From the NCBI GenBank assembly GCA_023205875.1, contig CP060757.1, positions 372,001 to 436,000 of the forward strand: DNA of 64,000 nucleotides. Direction: 5' to 3'. Positions 9,201-19,484 of the stretch are shown piece by piece. Both the position numbers and the translations under genes were made by a program. Source of the DNA: Chloropicon primus. Its lineage: Eukaryota. Under the pieces are notes generated by a model. That model worked only from the letters and a program-made list of their open reading frames with translations. It did not search any database and had not been told where the DNA came from. Each line of letters begins with the position of its first letter. Position 1 is the stretch's first letter.

Positions 9201-11519
9201 CTGAGCCCCTCCACAGTCAATTTGATGACGAAGGAGAACATTGAGCTCGAGCTTTGGCATTACACCCCTGGCCGCCAGGCCTCGGTGGGCGGCTCTGGAG
9301 CGGGCAAGAAGGTGCTTCTGGGCGTGTGCAAAATCCCGTGGTCAAACGTGCTCACTTGTCCCCGTGGGATCTGCGGGTTGCACACGATTCTTTGCCCAAA
9401 GTTGCAGACTCCTATAGGCGCAATAGAGGTGAACGCCACCCTGCAAATGAGGTCCTACATGTTGCAGAACAGCAGCATCCTCGAATCGTGCGGCCCGGTG
9501 AGGGAGATGCTTCCGGAGGAATTCGTGCAGCACAACAAGAAGAGCATAGACTTGTTCACCGGCAGGTATGCCAACTTTGTGGTAGCGGTGGACAACGTAA
9601 CCGTCTCCTCGTCTGACACGCTTCACTTCAACCACAAGTTGAGGTACTGCATAGCCCTCTCTGTGAACGGGTTCATGGGCGAGACCATCTCGAAGGCCAC
9701 GCACCCCAAGCCTTCTGCGCACCAGCGGATGTGGGAGAGGCTGAACTTGAGCCACAAAGCTTTCAAGTCCTTCAAAGTCGACAAGTTCTTCGTTGCCGCC
9801 ATCAACAATTCTCCGCTCACGGTCCGAGTTCTGGAATGCGATGAGAACAGGCCTGACGTGGAGATCGCTTTCGGGGACATTGATCTGAGTCAGTTGCTGC
9901 TCGAGAAAAACAGCGTGAGCGAGACCAGCAGAATGGTCAGTGGGACGTACACCTTGGTGCCAATCAAGAGGGACTACATCGAGATCAGGGTGAGGGTGAA
10001 GATCCTCCTGAAAGGCACGTCTTACTGCGAGTTCCCCCAGGGTCAGGTAGAAGCCGAGGGGGCTGGTGCGGGGGAGGAGCCCGTGGACGAGGACCCGGCG
10101 CTTGCCTTGCCCAGAGTAGACACCAGCTCGGAGCTCAGGAGGTCTCTTGACGCCTTGAAGTCCCTGAAAGCGAGCAGAAAGTCCGCGGAGGGCCTTCAGC
10201 AAGTCCTTCGGCTTGAGGGTTCTGAAGGAGGGGACGAGGAGGTCCTGCGCCTGCCGGAAGTGGATGACATTGACACGGACCCCGAGGAGGACATGATGAT
10301 GGCGGAGGTCTCCGAGGTGATCTCAATCATGCGATCCCAGGAGCTGGCCCAGGAGGTCGAATCGAATGACGTCCTCGTGTGCGTGGAGGATGCCCTGCAC
10401 ATGAACTTCAAACTGGCTGGGAAAACTAGCCCGAACTCCGCGTACGCTTACGTGAGCTTCATGTGGCCAGACAGCAGCGGTACGGCTTGCTCTAGCTTGG
10501 CGGAGTGCATTCCGGAGGCAGAGGCCTCGGCCAAGCACAGGTGCAAGTGGTACTTCACAAAGCACCTGTCGTTCAAAGACTTTTCTGTCGACCAAAGCAG
10601 CGAGGGAAGCCAGCAATCTTTCATTCTTCAGGTCTGGGCCAGGCACGTCAAGGTGTCCCAGTCCATCGAGTTCTCGGAGCTCGACGAGCCAGTGCGGCCG
10701 GACCCCGAGTCGGACACCCTGATAGGCAGTGCCGTGGTGGACGTCAACGCGCTCTTCTCCGGCCTGGGCGAGATCCACGGCTGGTACAACGTCTTGGACT
10801 ACAACCAGAACTGCTGTGGCCAGCTCAAGGTTAGAATCAGCTTGCTGAATGCCAGGAAGCACCACAAGGACGATCTCGAGGAGGGCCAGGTCCACCAGCT
10901 GGACGACTCGGGGGATCTGGGACAGGCCGGCGACCTTGCGATGGTGAGCTCCCTTGGCCTTGAGCTGGAGCCAGAGACGGGGGACCGCCCCGAGGGGCTC
11001 GGCGCGGAGGAGGTTGGCCTCCAGCTGGCCGGGGAGGGGGCCGGGGCGACGCCGGGGTACTCTGGCGACGCCGGGGTCCAGGAAAGCGCCACAAACTTCC
11101 GCGAGCTGACGAGAAGCATCTGCCAAGACCTCGGAAACTTGGAGGAGAAGATCCTGTCCCTGGACCCTTCGGGCGACTGCGGTGGTGCCGGCGACGACCT
11201 CGGGTCCTACGGCCGGAGTCTCTCCCTGGAGGAGATCTACCTCAACCAAATCGAGTTCTCGGTCGACAACTTCCGGCACAGCCCCTCGGCTCCCCCTCTC
11301 GAGGAGGCGCCTTTGGCTGGAAAGGACGACCGCACTCACACACCCCCTCTCACCCCCCAAGGTGGGGCCCAGGCGGAGGAGAAGGCCGCGGCGAGCCCTG
11401 ATCCAGCAATCCCGGAGGAGCCGAAAAGCCGGGGCATGGACGCCACCGCCAACGCCGCCACTTTCGACAGGCCCGGATTCAACTTTGACCGCATCGCACG
11501 CATCCTCAGTGCGGGCTGA
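6216..11519 (+). CDS. C2CD3: C2 domain-containing protein 3-like (centriolar distal protein)
   Basis: 1767 aa with multiple C2-like blocks. N-terminal YRFWGQE...IRCSPSNFTRYLKD and C-terminal LIGSAVVDVNALFSGLGEIHGWYNVLDYNQNCCGQLKVRIS match recalled C2CD3 signatures. Confidence 0.75.
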   Translation: MVLAYEARMTEDSRREKENKEETSRKSRKGRRVQKLKGLTTRGSGAKGGRGDGRAPPGSLAELAQLDSRGKGGDGSLYPSFIQNEVSLPPEVEGNQRGELVLVLGPLVVSNSKLTSSSFKEDGEDGGQPTQTTISYRFWGQEDLHEGNYLTLQALKGEEMRAGDHYEDKTVKLCIPIRCSPSNFTRYLKDSQPLQITAFVAGVGAAGCEVDLQELELKKPLRGDFNLTTDNNTESIKAGSLGVYLEVDYSLISSFELNEHIANTDMSLPLFPVSDLELDDQDIAKLVSGASAVPQPGEGEEGAQDKESEKTNEDKALFGWGPSKDFKRTAGQAEAATKSTFLNDDNNSRRGPSVHSIVEPTWDSVLARAQKLSNAMKKAIGGRDERSLDFPSGSMSLAPFSHAQAEREGANLPQDIELSPCPSITSSVEDVVIDFSAAASEEHERPREEPTRGGPEQPTPSEKSVLATVVPAEEKVVDFTISSPPQESRKDEKKIQMALRVKDVHLVSKDLRPGRVIIVVKCALGNLGEGGGQFTFTAHSIKQQGRLFFQISEEDLKGMSGDKLLLSIELWQIQDKRHTVFVDAASSKLIGLSTFCVKDILENSGHSSTGTLVKGCHEEEEEVAFSLSKSILDLLQGSNTGRISVKLEFSSLALQPPRASVPEGAAAREEARSTAPPETSSSCLVDHVFEVTVQRASGLKLLPDLKYFLSYTFQSSEDAEPLCTKPVAPRSIMDINARACHTITLPQSETVLMNIGSFHGQNLEFDLRSVSGDTDRGTPWHATGSLDFMELVEMTCSGDQPLEKIFLVPLKLNEELYEESLRSKSSPALSLVIKYGTEEHEVASQDPPKQLAIAPGAEAEDAGEPLHLPERNVLAKEETELLEFGEQDIEVLEDARTNMDIEDFEITGSNSMKAKIDFSIGKICGLKTMMTSAEHGQKDNAVLRAATKFGPNTFVNTKFAPKDSYFQEFLPETCTDFKAENWIPDFEFFKSFNMYLSPSTVNLMTKENIELELWHYTPGRQASVGGSGAGKKVLLGVCKIPWSNVLTCPRGICGLHTILCPKLQTPIGAIEVNATLQMRSYMLQNSSILESCGPVREMLPEEFVQHNKKSIDLFTGRYANFVVAVDNVTVSSSDTLHFNHKLRYCIALSVNGFMGETISKATHPKPSAHQRMWERLNLSHKAFKSFKVDKFFVAAINNSPLTVRVLECDENRPDVEIAFGDIDLSQLLLEKNSVSETSRMVSGTYTLVPIKRDYIEIRVRVKILLKGTSYCEFPQGQVEAEGAGAGEEPVDEDPALALPRVDTSSELRRSLDALKSLKASRKSAEGLQQVLRLEGSEGGDEEVLRLPEVDDIDTDPEEDMMMAEVSEVISIMRSQELAQEVESNDVLVCVEDALHMNFKLAGKTSPNSAYAYVSFMWPDSSGTACSSLAECIPEAEASAKHRCKWYFTKHLSFKDFSVDQSSEGSQQSFILQVWARHVKVSQSIEFSELDEPVRPDPESDTLIGSAVVDVNALFSGLGEIHGWYNVLDYNQNCCGQLKVRISLLNARKHHKDDLEEGQVHQLDDSGDLGQAGDLAMVSSLGLELEPETGDRPEGLGAEEVGLQLAGEGAGATPGYSGDAGVQESATNFRELTRSICQDLGNLEEKILSLDPSGDCGGAGDDLGSYGRSLSLEEIYLNQIEFSVDNFRHSPSAPPLEEAPLAGKDDRTHTPPLTPQGGAQAEEKAAASPDPAIPEEPKSRGMDATANAATFDRPGFNFDRIARILSAG

Positions 11520-12087
11520 GCAGCAAGCAAACAAAGCCGGACGACGATGCGCATGCGGGAAGTCTGCAGGGCACAGTCAATTTAATTTATTATTATCGAG
11601 TACATTAAGTAATTTATTTATTAGAAGTCGGGCAAGAAGCAAACGTGTTGAAGTACAAGCAGCAGAAAGAGACAACCACCGCCATGTACTCTCTGCAGAC
11701 GCTTTCCAAAGTCACATTGACCGACCGCAAAGAGATATTGATTGATTGGTCGCTTGATTGGTCGATGATCGATCGCTAGAGAGAGAGAGGCAGAGCGAAA
11801 GAGGCAGAGGGAAAGAGGGGAGGACGAAGGGGCTCGTGCAATGGTGCCGGTGACGATGATGATACACGGATGAAGATGTTGATTGACGATCCCATCCTCA
11901 AAAGCGTGGAACCAATGCTAAAAAAAAAATCAAATTTGATATTTCACATTTCACATTTGAACGATTACACTCCTTCGGTTTAGGTGTAAAAAACCGTTTT
12001 TGCGCCGCCAGCCGCAAAAAAAAGGAGAGGAGAGGAGAGCAAACCACACAGCGCACCGCGGAGAACAACGTAGCGAAGAGACAAGAG

Positions 12088-12461
12088 GTAAGGCGAAGGG
12101 AAGAGGAGGTCGACGAGAGAGAGAGGGGAAACGCGTAGCCCCGAACCACCCCGGACGCGACATACCTGCACCAGACGCGACGCACGGAGAAGCGACGCTC
12201 GGCCTCGGCTTTTGCGTGGCTTGGCGTGGCGTGGAGTGGTGTGGTGTGGTGTGGTGTGGGCGCGCCAAGGGAAGGGCGTGGGTGTGTTGGCTTCGTGCAC
12301 GGGGAGGATCTGCGTCCTGTTCTCGCGTCCCGTGTTGTCCCTTGGCGTTCCCCCCCACCCCCCAGTGATTTTTGTGATTTTTGTTCTGTCGAGAAAGAGT
12401 GGGACTGACTTGGGTGTGTTTCTTCTTCTTCTTCCGTTCTTCTCTTGTGGTTAGAGTTTAG
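12088..12461 (+). other. Probable 5'-UTR intron of RPL22
   Basis: AG|GTAAG donor at 12088, CTGAC branch point near 12405, pyrimidine tract, and several candidate AG acceptors (12454-12464) just before the ATG. Confidence 0.55.
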
Positions 12462-12466
12462 CAGCA

Positions 12467-12832
12467 ATGGCGCCAAAGGGATCCACCAAGAAGAAGACGA
12501 AGACCTTCGTCCTCGACTGCGCTCGTCCAGTCGACGACAAGATCATGGAGATCGGTTCCTTCGAGAAGTTCCTCAAGGACCGCATCAAGGTGAACGGGAA
12601 GGCCGGCGTCTTGGGCGATGCCGTCACCATCACCACGGAGAAGTCCAAGATAGTTGTCACCACCGAGGTTGAGATGAGCAAGAGGTACCTCAAGTACCTC
12701 ACGAAGAAGTACCTCAAGAAGCACAACGTCAGGGATTGGCTCAGAGTTGTCGCCTCCAACAAGGACAGGAGCGTCTACGAGCTCAGATACTTCAACATCG
12801 CTGACCAGGACGCCGAGGAGGACGAAGAGTAA
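12467..12832 (+). CDS. RPL22: 60S ribosomal protein L22 (eL22)
   Basis: [63 protein letters not shown]. Confidence 0.98.
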   Translation: MAPKGSTKKKTKTFVLDCARPVDDKIMEIGSFEKFLKDRIKVNGKAGVLGDAVTITTEKSKIVVTTEVEMSKRYLKYLTKKYLKKHNVRDWLRVVASNKDRSVYELRYFNIADQDAEEDEE

Positions 12833-13229
12833 ACTCGCGTTCGAGGAACCTAACACCTCCCTTAGTAACCCCAAACGGCACACTCGCGGAAAATGACACG
12901 CGGACTTGCTCGTTTGCTCGTGTTAATATAAAGTATTAAGCTTTTGCTTTGAGAACAACACAGCGTTGGCTCGGAGGAGGGTTGCGGAAAAGAAAACGCG
13001 CTTTGCCAACCCATCCAGCTCGCTTGTCCTCGACCCGAAACTCCAACTTCGAACTCCTCTCCCACATCCATGCACCCTCCCTTCTCTCTCCCTCGATTGC
13101 GATTGTTGCCTCGTTTTTTCGTTTTTCAGAACAACACAGAGAACGACGACGACGACGACGACGAAGGCGACGCGCACGATGACGACGGCTTCGTCTCCGT
13201 CGTTCAGGAGAGGCAACGGAACGAAGCAC

Positions 13230-14048
13230 ATGACCGCCCAGGTGCGTTTCAGTCCGACGGACCGGATGGCAGCGCGCGCGCGCGTGCGTTACGAGATCAC
13301 GAGATATTATTTTTCGTGCCCTTGAGCAAAGCTGACTCTTGCCTGCGCGCGTTTCGCCTTCCCAGGAGGTGGCCGAGAGGTCCCAGAGGCAGCTCGGCAT
13401 CGTCGCGGTGTTCGGTTCCTTGATACCAGTCATCATCGTGGTCACGTTCATCGTGTTTCACTTCACGAGGGGGGGCGCTCTGACGGGAAGCTCCGTGATC
13501 GAGCGCGAGAAACACATCGTACACGAGTACAAAATGGTAACGCTGCTGCCGCAAAGCTTGGTTAGCCCTGATTCGACGTCTCCTCCCCCCTCTCTCTTCG
13601 TCTGACGCGCGCCCGCGCGATTCTCTCTTCTTCTTCTTCTTCTTCGCTGTCGTCGTCGTCGTCGTCGTCGCAACGGATGCCTGTGCATGCCGGCTCTTGC
13701 TCTTGCCAGGGTCACCACAGGGATGCTCTGAGGGACCTTAATGATCTCATACGCAGTAAGCCCTACCACCACTCGATGCAGCACCTGCAGCTCATGGAGA
13801 AGCTGCTGAGAAAGAGCAACTTGCAGGCGGCGGCCTCCAGCTCCGGCGGCGAGGAGCGCGTCCTGTTCAAGGAGATCGAGTTCGCCCTCGAGGCCGTCGC
13901 GGAGCTGAGGAAGGATCCCGACGACTCGAAGGCGTTGAACCACTTGGACGGCCACATCCACTCCATATTGTCGCTCAGCGGCGGGCGAAAACGAGACACG
14001 AGTGCCGATAATGATAACAAGAGCAAGAAGAAAAAGGACGAGCTGTGA
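13230..14048 (+). CDS. Hypothetical single-pass membrane protein, 3 exons (13230-13241, 13366-~13536/13560, 13710-14048)
   Basis: CAG|GTGCGT donor, CTGAC branch points, CCCAG and GCCAG acceptors, TM segment LGIVAVFGSLIPVIIVVTFIVFHF, and coding-like codon use. The second donor is ambiguous. Ends in KKKDEL. Confidence 0.6.
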
Positions 14049-14683
14049 GCGCTGCAATGTAACGTAGAGAGCAAGAGACTGCACAGTCCTCCGGAACTGT
14101 TCTGGCACGGGGGGGATCCATCCCCCTCGGGATCATTCGTGATCTCCATTTCCTCAACGCTCACGTTCCCCTCCCTTGGTCAAGGCCTCCCGAGTCCCAC
14201 TAGGTCTCGTTCTCACTCGGACCCCCCCAATGCGTCAAAATCGACGAGTGAACCATCGACGGAAAGATCGCGATGTGATCTTTCGAGGATCAACGCCCCT
14301 CTCTCGCTCCCCCGTCTTAAGACCCCGCCATCCTTGATAAGATCCATCCCTTCTCACCACTCTGATCCCTCTCAAAAATATCTTTCCTCGCCGGAGCCCC
14401 CAAAAACGGTTTGGTTTAGGCGGATCGATCATCAACGGAAAGCGTTTTGTGTGAGCGCACGCAGGTGAGTGGCAACGAGAATGGGAGGCGGATGCGAGGA
14501 GGGGGGAGGTCCAGTCGGAAGCATCGCCCCGTTCTCTTTCGAATGAGCCCCCGCTCGCACGTTTTCGTGGACCGAAGAGGATGTTTTACTAAATTTTGTT
14601 CGTCCACGCTGGCAGCGAGAGAGCAGGGAGCGTTGTCCTAGCGAGAGAGGTGTCCAAGCGAGAGAGGGAGAGAGAGAGAGAGA

Positions 14684-15862
14684 ATGATGCAGGCTAGAGC
14701 GGTGCGACCCTCGGCGAGGAGGCAGAAGGGGGGCAAGGCGGTGTGCTCGGCGGGTTCCGGGTTGCAGGCTGGGAACGGCCAGCACCACGTGTTGAGATCT
14801 GTGCAGAACAACGTGGGGAGGATCGAGCGCAGCGCCGTCAGCGCGAGCGTGGGAGCGAGGAGGGTCAGCTCGACGTCGAGCGTGGGCTATGCGTCGAGGG
14901 GGGCTGTGGCTTGCAGTGCCGGCAAGGTTGCCGTCCTTGGCGCGGCCGGAGGCATCGGGCAGCCTCTGAGTATGCTCGTGAAGATGCTCCCCTCGGTGAA
15001 GGAGCTGAGCCTTTATGATATCCAGGGAACCAAAGGCGTGGCGGCGGACTTGTCCCACTGCAACACCGCCTGCAAGGTGACGGGCTACGTGGGCGAGGAG
15101 GAGCTCACCTCCGCGCTCGAGGGCTGCGACCTCGTGATCATTCCGGCGGGAGTGCCCAGGAAGCCGGGCATGACGAGGGACGACCTCTTCAACATAAACG
15201 CCGGAATCGTGAAGAGCCTCGCGACCGCGTGCGCCGAGGTGTGCCCGAACGCCATCCTTAACATCATCTCGAACCCCGTCAACTCCACCGTGCCCATCTG
15301 CAACGAGGTCTACAAGGCCAAGGGAATCACCGGAGCTAGCGCGAGGATTCTGGGGGTCACCACCTTGGACATCGTGAGGAGCAACACCTTCCTGGCGGAG
15401 GAGTGCGGCCTCGACGTCGACCAGGTCGACGTGCCTGTGATCGGAGGACACGCGGGCGTCACCATCCTGCCTCTTCTGTCCCAGATGAGGCCCAAGGTCC
15501 AGCTCGAGAACAAGAGGATCGAGGAGCTCACGACGAGGATCCAGAACGCCGGCACGGAGGTAGTAGAGGCCAAGGCTGGTGCTGGATCGGCTACCCTTTC
15601 CATGGCATACGCTGCTGCCAGGTTTGCCGAGTCCTGTCTCAGGGGGCTCCAGGGTGACAAGGTCTACGAGTGCGCTTACATCGAGTCGAGCCTGATCCCA
15701 GATCTCGAGTACTTTGCTTCCAAGGTTCAGCTGGGCCCGAACGGGGTCGAGGAGGTCTTCGAGGTCGGGCAGGTGAGCGACTTCGAGCAGCAGGGGATCG
15801 AAGGACTGATCCCAGAGCTCAAGAAGAGCATCGCAAAGGGACAGGAGTTTGCGAAGAACTAA
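14684..15862 (+). CDS. MDH: NAD-dependent malate dehydrogenase with organellar transit peptide (probably plastid)
   Basis: [67 protein letters not shown]; ~78 aa Ser/Arg/Ala-rich leader. Confidence 0.95.
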   Translation: MMQARAVRPSARRQKGGKAVCSAGSGLQAGNGQHHVLRSVQNNVGRIERSAVSASVGARRVSSTSSVGYASRGAVACSAGKVAVLGAAGGIGQPLSMLVKMLPSVKELSLYDIQGTKGVAADLSHCNTACKVTGYVGEEELTSALEGCDLVIIPAGVPRKPGMTRDDLFNINAGIVKSLATACAEVCPNAILNIISNPVNSTVPICNEVYKAKGITGASARILGVTTLDIVRSNTFLAEECGLDVDQVDVPVIGGHAGVTILPLLSQMRPKVQLENKRIEELTTRIQNAGTEVVEAKAGAGSATLSMAYAAARFAESCLRGLQGDKVYECAYIESSLIPDLEYFASKVQLGPNGVEEVFEVGQVSDFEQQGIEGLIPELKKSIAKGQEFAKN

Positions 15863-15993
15863 ACGAGTCGTTGTTGTCAGCCAGGAAGAAGGCAGGTAAA
15901 AGGGACATTGATAATACAAAAATTCCAATGACAATACAATTTTTTCCCCAATCATACACGCCCCCCCCCACTCCAAAGCCGAGCGCGAGCGCT

Positions 15994-18468
15994 TCAGCGG
16001 AAGATACACCGGTTTCTCTGCGTTTCGATCCTGATGTCCTTGAGGTGCCATTGCAACTTCGTCGAGATGGACTTGCCGCAAAGACCTCTTCCACTCGGGG
16101 AGCACATCCCTTGCAGGCTCTTGCTGCACCCAAAGGTGATGTAGCTGGGCTGCTTGCCCTTCCACTCAAAATCAGTCACCCGCTCCTCGCCAAAATAGAG
16201 CTCCAGCCTGTAGGCATTCTGTTCTGAGCCGTCGTCCTCGTCGTCGTCCCCGAAATCTTTCCACCTCTTCACAAGAAACCTGAACTCCTGCAGCAGTTGG
16301 AGCCACTCGCCCTTCTTCTCGGCATCCACGTGAACGGTGACCGCTTTGGCTTCCCCGTCCCCGTCCAGCATGTCGATCTTGAGGTAAGCCAAGACAGGCG
16401 AGGAGTACTCGTCCACGACCGTGCTTGATGCATAGACCCCGCTGATCGTCACCAAGCTGATAGAGTCCTTCTCCAATCTTGACTCCCTGCATCTCGATTC
16501 ATCGCAGGCTTTTAAGGTCAGCAACTTGGTCGTGATGTTGCTCTTTGCGTTGAAGAAGATCTCGCCAAAGTCCTCGGTCCCCAAACCGCTGTACATCTCC
16601 TGGCCCTTGACCTGCTTCTGTTTTGGGCTGATCTTGAGCTGCATCCCAACCGTCGCCCTGATCTCAGCCTGGTCGGTCAACGGGCTTTTGAAGATCGCAA
16701 ACAGGGAGGGATGGTACAAGGATAGGCATGGGGGGTTCAGGTGCGAGTGCCTGTCCCCATCGTCACCGCCCCCCAGGTCGAAATTGAGCTTGTTCGCCCT
16801 GTAGCTCACCGCCTGCTTCCCTCTCCTGACGTACATCCGAGGAGAATTTAGGTTCAAGCTGGCAACCTTAATGCCCCTCGACTGGATGACCCCCGAGTGC
16901 ATGTGGCCAAAGACCCTCTCCGCCACAGAGTACGCCACGAGGAGAGGCCCAGGTCTCTTGGACTCGAGATCGACCTGCGCCATCGTGGGATTCGAGAACA
17001 CCGTCCTCGGACTGTTTTCGATCCTCGCGATGTAGCCCCAATCCAGGCCCTCTTGGTCAAAGCAGCCTGCGAGGTAGAGGTTCGAGAGCCGCCCCTTTCT
17101 CGTGGCATTGTTAAAGGCCGTCACGATGATCCCGTCCCGAAGGCGGAAGGCGCTCAGCTTGCTGTCGGGGTTGGGCAAATCGGTCTCCTTGGGCTGGTCC
17201 CACTGCTTCCCAAAGTTGGAGAGCTTGCCCGTGAAGATCTTGCTCTTGCTGGAGCGGTAAAATTGGAGCATCTGGCCTTTCCCCGCGTGGTCGGTCGAAA
17301 CGAGGGACCCGTCTCGAAGGTTGCTTCCGATCCGCAGGTCCACCACCGCCTCCTTCCCAGGCTCGACCCTCACGCTGCTCCTGCGTTTCCTGTCGCCCTC
17401 TGGATCGAGCACCAGCGTGAAGTTCCACGACCTCCCTTGGTCAGTCGAGTACAAAATCCCAGGCACGGTGTGGCCCTTGCCTTCCTTGGTGCTGATGCAA
17501 GTGGACTGGCTGCCCTCCTCGTTTACGGGGAGGACCCACGTTTCCCTCTTGCCTTCCCTCAGCGTCACCAGGCTGCCCGTCAAGGTCAAGGGCTTGCTCG
17601 CCATCCTCCGAACCACCACCGGTGGCCCTAGCGTCTGACCCCCGTCATTGCTCTTGACGACATAAATGTCCCCCCCAGGGGTGTACCAATCCGTCCTCCC
17701 CTTGACGCGGCAGTTGTGCCGGCTCTGCGCGTAGAACAGCAGAAGCTCCCCGTTCTGCCTCGAGTGCAGAACCGGGCTCCACACCGGAAGGAACCCCCTC
17801 GTGTTCCTCTTGTTGTGGTTGACCTTGCTGGGCAAGAACCTCCACTTCATGCCCCTATTCGTCGACACAGCAAGCTGGATGAACTGGTCCTTGGCTCCCT
17901 CGTGAGTATCGCTGGCCTGCCAGGCAGCGTAGACGACGGTGTGGTTCGAGGCGTCCACCTCCAAGTTCGCCGCGTTCGCGTACCTGCTGTCGCCGTGGGT
18001 GATCCACGCGTCGTGGGTGGGGCGGAGAAGGCTCGACTGCCTCGACTCCCTCTTGCCGGACAGGTTGCTCGAGGAGGAGAGGTCCGCGCTCGAGCTGCTT
18101 ATTGGGCTCCGGAATTTGAACACGTCCTTGTAGCAGTCCTTCTCGAAGTGCCCTTCCCCGCCCCTCCTCCTCCTCCTGCGCTTCTTCGACATCTCGCTGC
18201 TCGGCTGATTGCCCGACGACAGTGAGGGGACCCCCTCCTGGCTCCCTTCGCCCACCAGCTGCACTTGGTTCGACATGAAGTCCCCCTCGCTCGTCCTCTT
18301 GTGGTGCAGGGAGTCCACCGTGTGGAAGAAGGCGAAGAGCGTGCACCCGGCGAGCACGGCAGCCATTGCGAGCAGAACGACCTTTGTCTTGGTCAGCCTC
18401 CTCTTCCAGCCGCTCCCTGATCCACCCTTGCCGTGGTGGCCTGGCTTCTGACTGCGCCTGGGACGCAT
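15994..18468 (-). CDS. Type II membrane BNR/Asp-box (sialidase-like beta-propeller) protein
   Basis: Basic N-terminus plus one TM helix. Asp-boxes STNRGMKW, SNDGGQTL and STDQGRSW; VWSPVL and TDLPNPDSK motifs are typical of BNR_2 proteins. Confidence 0.75.
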   Translation of the reverse strand: MRPRRSQKPGHHGKGGSGSGWKRRLTKTKVVLLAMAAVLAGCTLFAFFHTVDSLHHKRTSEGDFMSNQVQLVGEGSQEGVPSLSSGNQPSSEMSKKRRRRRRGGEGHFEKDCYKDVFKFRSPISSSSADLSSSSNLSGKRESRQSSLLRPTHDAWITHGDSRYANAANLEVDASNHTVVYAAWQASDTHEGAKDQFIQLAVSTNRGMKWRFLPSKVNHNKRNTRGFLPVWSPVLHSRQNGELLLFYAQSRHNCRVKGRTDWYTPGGDIYVVKSNDGGQTLGPPVVVRRMASKPLTLTGSLVTLREGKRETWVLPVNEEGSQSTCISTKEGKGHTVPGILYSTDQGRSWNFTLVLDPEGDRKRRSSVRVEPGKEAVVDLRIGSNLRDGSLVSTDHAGKGQMLQFYRSSKSKIFTGKLSNFGKQWDQPKETDLPNPDSKLSAFRLRDGIIVTAFNNATRKGRLSNLYLAGCFDQEGLDWGYIARIENSPRTVFSNPTMAQVDLESKRPGPLLVAYSVAERVFGHMHSGVIQSRGIKVASLNLNSPRMYVRRGKQAVSYRANKLNFDLGGGDDGDRHSHLNPPCLSLYHPSLFAIFKSPLTDQAEIRATVGMQLKISPKQKQVKGQEMYSGLGTEDFGEIFFNAKSNITTKLLTLKACDESRCRESRLEKDSISLVTISGVYASSTVVDEYSSPVLAYLKIDMLDGDGEAKAVTVHVDAEKKGEWLQLLQEFRFLVKRWKDFGDDDEDDGSEQNAYRLELYFGEERVTDFEWKGKQPSYITFGCSKSLQGMCSPSGRGLCGKSISTKLQWHLKDIRIETQRNRCIFR

Positions 18469-18508
18469 CGCCTTACAGTCCTGGTCCCAGAGAGTCCCAG
18501 AGTCCCGG

Positions 18509-18512
<4 letters not shown>

Positions 18513-18564
<52 letters not shown>
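18513..18564. repeat. (AG)n microsatellite
   Basis: About 26 perfect AG units. Confidence 0.95.
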
Positions 18565-18566
<2 letters not shown>

Positions 18567-19484
18567 TCTTCTCCCAATCCTCACCCGCCTTTCTGCCCTG
18601 CCTCAACAAGCTTCGATCCGAGGGATAAGCTTGATCACTCGCTCGAGGAGGGAGAAGGCATCTACCACCACTGCTGACAGCTCTGTCCACTCACACAAGT
18701 GGAGCAGCAGGACCAGAGATTAATAGTATAAGGTGAACTCTGTTGAATTCTTGGCCAGGTTTTGTTAGGTCAACATGATATGATATGATCTCGAGGGAGG
18801 GGAGTGCGGTGAGCCTTGGCCTCCTCGAGGTGGTCGGTCCTCTCCTGTTCCCAATTCGCCTTGGACCTTGGACTCAATCATGAGCACCTGTCTAGGGCAA
18901 CACCTTTTCCGCTTCTCTCTCTCTCACTCGGGAAAGGTTTGAATAAGCTCCAGTAAGAAGAACTTGTTAAAACAAAAACAAGGTTCCAAGATCCTCCCAA
19001 GATCTTCCCAAGATCCAATCTTGGCTCCTGGTATCCTTCCTATAACATTCGTACTACTGAATTTTGGTCCAAAATCCACTGTGGTGCCATGTGTTCTCTG
19101 GGTGATGTTAGGTAGACAAAGTTTGGTCTTGAAGGGGGAGGCAGATTATATGACGAATCCAATCGAATGCCTTTGAACCCTTCCGGTGGGAGACATTGCA
19201 GCGCAATCCTGGTCCTTGTCGTTGACAGACAGAGAGACACAGAGAGAGAGAGAGAGAGAGAGGAGAGCACCAAGTCCAAGGTCTGGTCTGTCGTCGTGGC
19301 GTGTGTCGGAGAAGGTTAGGTTGCAGCGGTGTGGCATCATCGGGAAGCTTTGCTCGCTCCATCATCATCATCGGAGTCTCTTCCGGCTTCTTCCTGTTCT
19401 CTGAACGAGGTTTCGCTGGGGTAGTACCACTACCAGGTTTGGACGAGGTTGATTAGTGAAGATTTTTGACCCACCAGGAGGAAG

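Noticed and set aside
11850..11900. ATGATGA box-C-like motif upstream of RPL22
   Set aside because: No downstream CTGA with a terminal stem and no recognisable guide; it is part of a (GAT)n run.
18600..19480. Long AT-richer intergenic region with short CCAAGATC repeats
   Set aside because: No credible ORF, TIR/LTR or ncRNA boxes. Most likely divergent promoter and UTR sequence.
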